From the IMG/VR virus record IMGVR_UViG_3300033067_000531: DNA of 45,158 bases; one strand, given 5' to 3'. A model generated the notes under the pieces. The model did no database searches. It saw nothing but the letters and a program-made list of their open reading frames with translations, and was not told the DNA's origin. The DNA comes from a virus (Duplodnaviria > Heunggongvirae > Uroviricota > Caudoviricetes). A program made the translations under genes and the position numbers. Shown here piece by piece: positions 44,141 through 45,158 of this stretch (position 1 is the first letter of the stretch; every line of letters starts with the position of its first letter).

Positions 44141-44214
44141 TGGTACCCCCAACAAGAATTGAACTTGTGATAATCGCTTATCAAGCGAACGTTATACCAT
44201 TTAACTATAGGGGC
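44141..44214 (-). tRNA. tRNA-Ile(GAT)
   Basis: TT-GAT-AA loop, CCA. Confidence 0.9.
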
Positions 44215-44222
44215 ATAAATTT

Positions 44223-44297
44223 TGGAGGGCAATAAGAGAATCAAACTCCTATTTCAAGGTTCGTAGCCTCGTGTATTATTCATTATACGAATTGCCC
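44223..44297 (-). tRNA. tRNA-Arg(ACG)
   Basis: CT-ACG-AA loop; T-loop TTTGATT; CCA. Confidence 0.88.
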
Positions 44298-44303
44298 ATA
44301 AAT

Positions 44304-44379
44304 TGGTAGTTCAGGTGAGACTCAAACTCACGATAGACACCGTATGAAGGTGTTGCATTAGTCGCTATGCTACTGAACC
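44304..44379 (-). tRNA. tRNA(CAT), elongator Met or Ile2
   Basis: TT-CAT-AC loop; T-loop TTTGAGT; CCA. Confidence 0.82.
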
Positions 44380-44507
44380 ATTTTAGAAACACTCTGCCGA
44401 GTCCTTGAATCTCATGTTGACCCTACTTCCTGGCAACTTTTACCCTTATATCCGGATTCAAGGTTACTCGATGTGCTCCAGTGTAGTCAATCAAAGTGTT
44501 TTTAAAA

Positions 44508-44582
44508 TGGTGGAGGCCGAGGGAATTGAACCCTTCTAGACACGATCCTTGCAAGGGAACGCCGTAGCCCACTACTGCCCCC
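44508..44582 (-). tRNA. tRNA-Ala(TGC), atypical minimal D arm
   Basis: CT-TGC-AA loop, G3.U70, A73; D arm GTAG-TGGG-CTAC. Confidence 0.75.
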
Positions 44583-44706
44583 ATTTTATCAAAACACAAA
44601 GGCAATACTAGGACGCTACTTGCGTTGAGTCCGTTCAAACCTATGTGCTTCAAAAAAATAACTGATTATTTGTCTCATTATACGCCATCAGTTACGGCGA
44701 GGCTCA

Positions 44707-44780
44707 TGGTCAGGGTAGCAGGAATCGAACCTGCGCTACAAGAGTCCAAGACTCGGCGACTACCATTATCATATACCCTG
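44707..44780 (-). tRNA. tRNA-Pro(TGG)
   Basis: CT-TGG-AC loop, C1-G72, A73. Confidence 0.78.
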
Positions 44781-44785
44781 AAAAA

Positions 44786-44861
44786 TGGTCTCCATAGAAG
44801 GATTTGAACCTTCACCACATGCTCCCAAAGCATGGACGCTACCAGGTTACGCCATACGGAG
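44786..44861 (-). tRNA. tRNA-Pro(TGG)
   Basis: CATGC-TTTGGGA-GCATG, C1-G72, A73. Confidence 0.9.
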
Positions 44862-44870
44862 ATAAACAAC

Positions 44871-44925
44871 AGGATACGCTTTTTTTCAACCAATAGAAAA
44901 GTTTTGAAATTGCTGAATGTATCCT
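44871..44925 (-). ncRNA. scaffold RNA copy G (minimal, 55 nt)
   Basis: AGGATAC-ATT-CAGCAA...GTATCCT-GTTGTTT. Confidence 0.7.
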
Positions 44926-44931
44926 AAAACT

Positions 44932-45006
44932 TGGCTCCCCAGACACGGATCGAACGTGTGACCAAACGATTAACAGTCGTTTGCTCTACCTCTGAGCTAC
45001 TGGGGA
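44932..45006 (-). tRNA. tRNA-Asn(GTT)
   Basis: Cloverleaf, CT-GTT-AA, G73, CCA. Confidence 0.93.
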
Positions 45007-45158
45007 ATGAATTTGTGCTATAACCTGGTGGGTCAATCGTCAGTATACTAACGACAGTCCAAAGCGGGACTGAATCAGTTGATTGTGGTGACTGTATCAT
45101 AAACACCGCAGTTATAATCTGGCGATAACTACAAAGAATCCCCAATCATATGGCTCTT

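Noticed and set aside
44659-44706. tRNA-associated HDV-like (theta) ribozyme after tRNA-Pro
   Set aside because: P1, P3 and P1.1 of the HDV fold could not be built by hand; kept only as a possible pseudoknot
44707-44780. Reading this tRNA as Gln(TTG), and 43825-43898 as Gly(TCC)
   Set aside because: Arm spacing centres TGG and CCA in the 7-nt loops; C1-G72/A73 fits Pro and G73 fits Trp
40935-44925. Scaffold repeats read as a CRISPR array or as simple terminators
   Set aside because: They are dispersed, vary in length and covary as stems rather than repeating identically; the stems enclose 40-180 nt structured inserts; no cas genes are present
41317-45145. ORF-track entries across the tRNA array (41317, 41465, 41606, 41818, 42447, 44423, 44625, 44678, 44924)
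   Set aside because: They overlap clear tRNA cloverleafs or structured RNAs and have no recognisable protein motifs
1-45158. Stop-codon reassignment or suppressor tRNAs
   Set aside because: Core genes are full length in the standard code, and no CTA, TTA or TCA anticodon was found

Overview
This is a 45 kb segment of a T4-like (large myovirus-type) dsDNA phage genome, almost entirely on the minus strand; the spanins imply a Gram-negative host. Left to right it holds small accessory genes, a CobT-like vWA protein, nucleotide-metabolism genes (rnh, GIY-YIG nuclease, nrdB, thioredoxin, nrdA, MazG-like, thyX), gp61 primase and a lysis cassette (GH19 endolysin, spanins, holin candidates). Next come proteins carrying T4 capsid-targeting-like N-termini, including a nucleotidyltransferase-kinase fusion and a KxDG ligase-like protein, then a six-gene glycan cluster, a DruA-like protein, gp41, gp40, UvsX, gp43 and GroES. 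From about 39.1 kb there is an array of 22 tRNA genes. The main candidate new system is a Ro60/TROVE-like (DUF2828-type, vWA) gene in the tRNA array with seven copies of a putative ncRNA scaffold. Each copy has a covarying 6-7 bp terminal stem, 3 nt, C(A/U)GCA and a GUU-U-rich trailer, and carries a different cargo: a circularly permuted YrlA-like tRNA domain, a tRNA-Lys(UUU) mimic, a lone Thr anticodon stem-loop, or multi-hairpin inserts. Also notable are a candidate -1 frameshift (A_AAA_AAG plus stem-loop) at about 19.85 kb and four tRNAs with a compensatory A19-U56 elbow pair. All family assignments are by eye from motifs; no searches were run.
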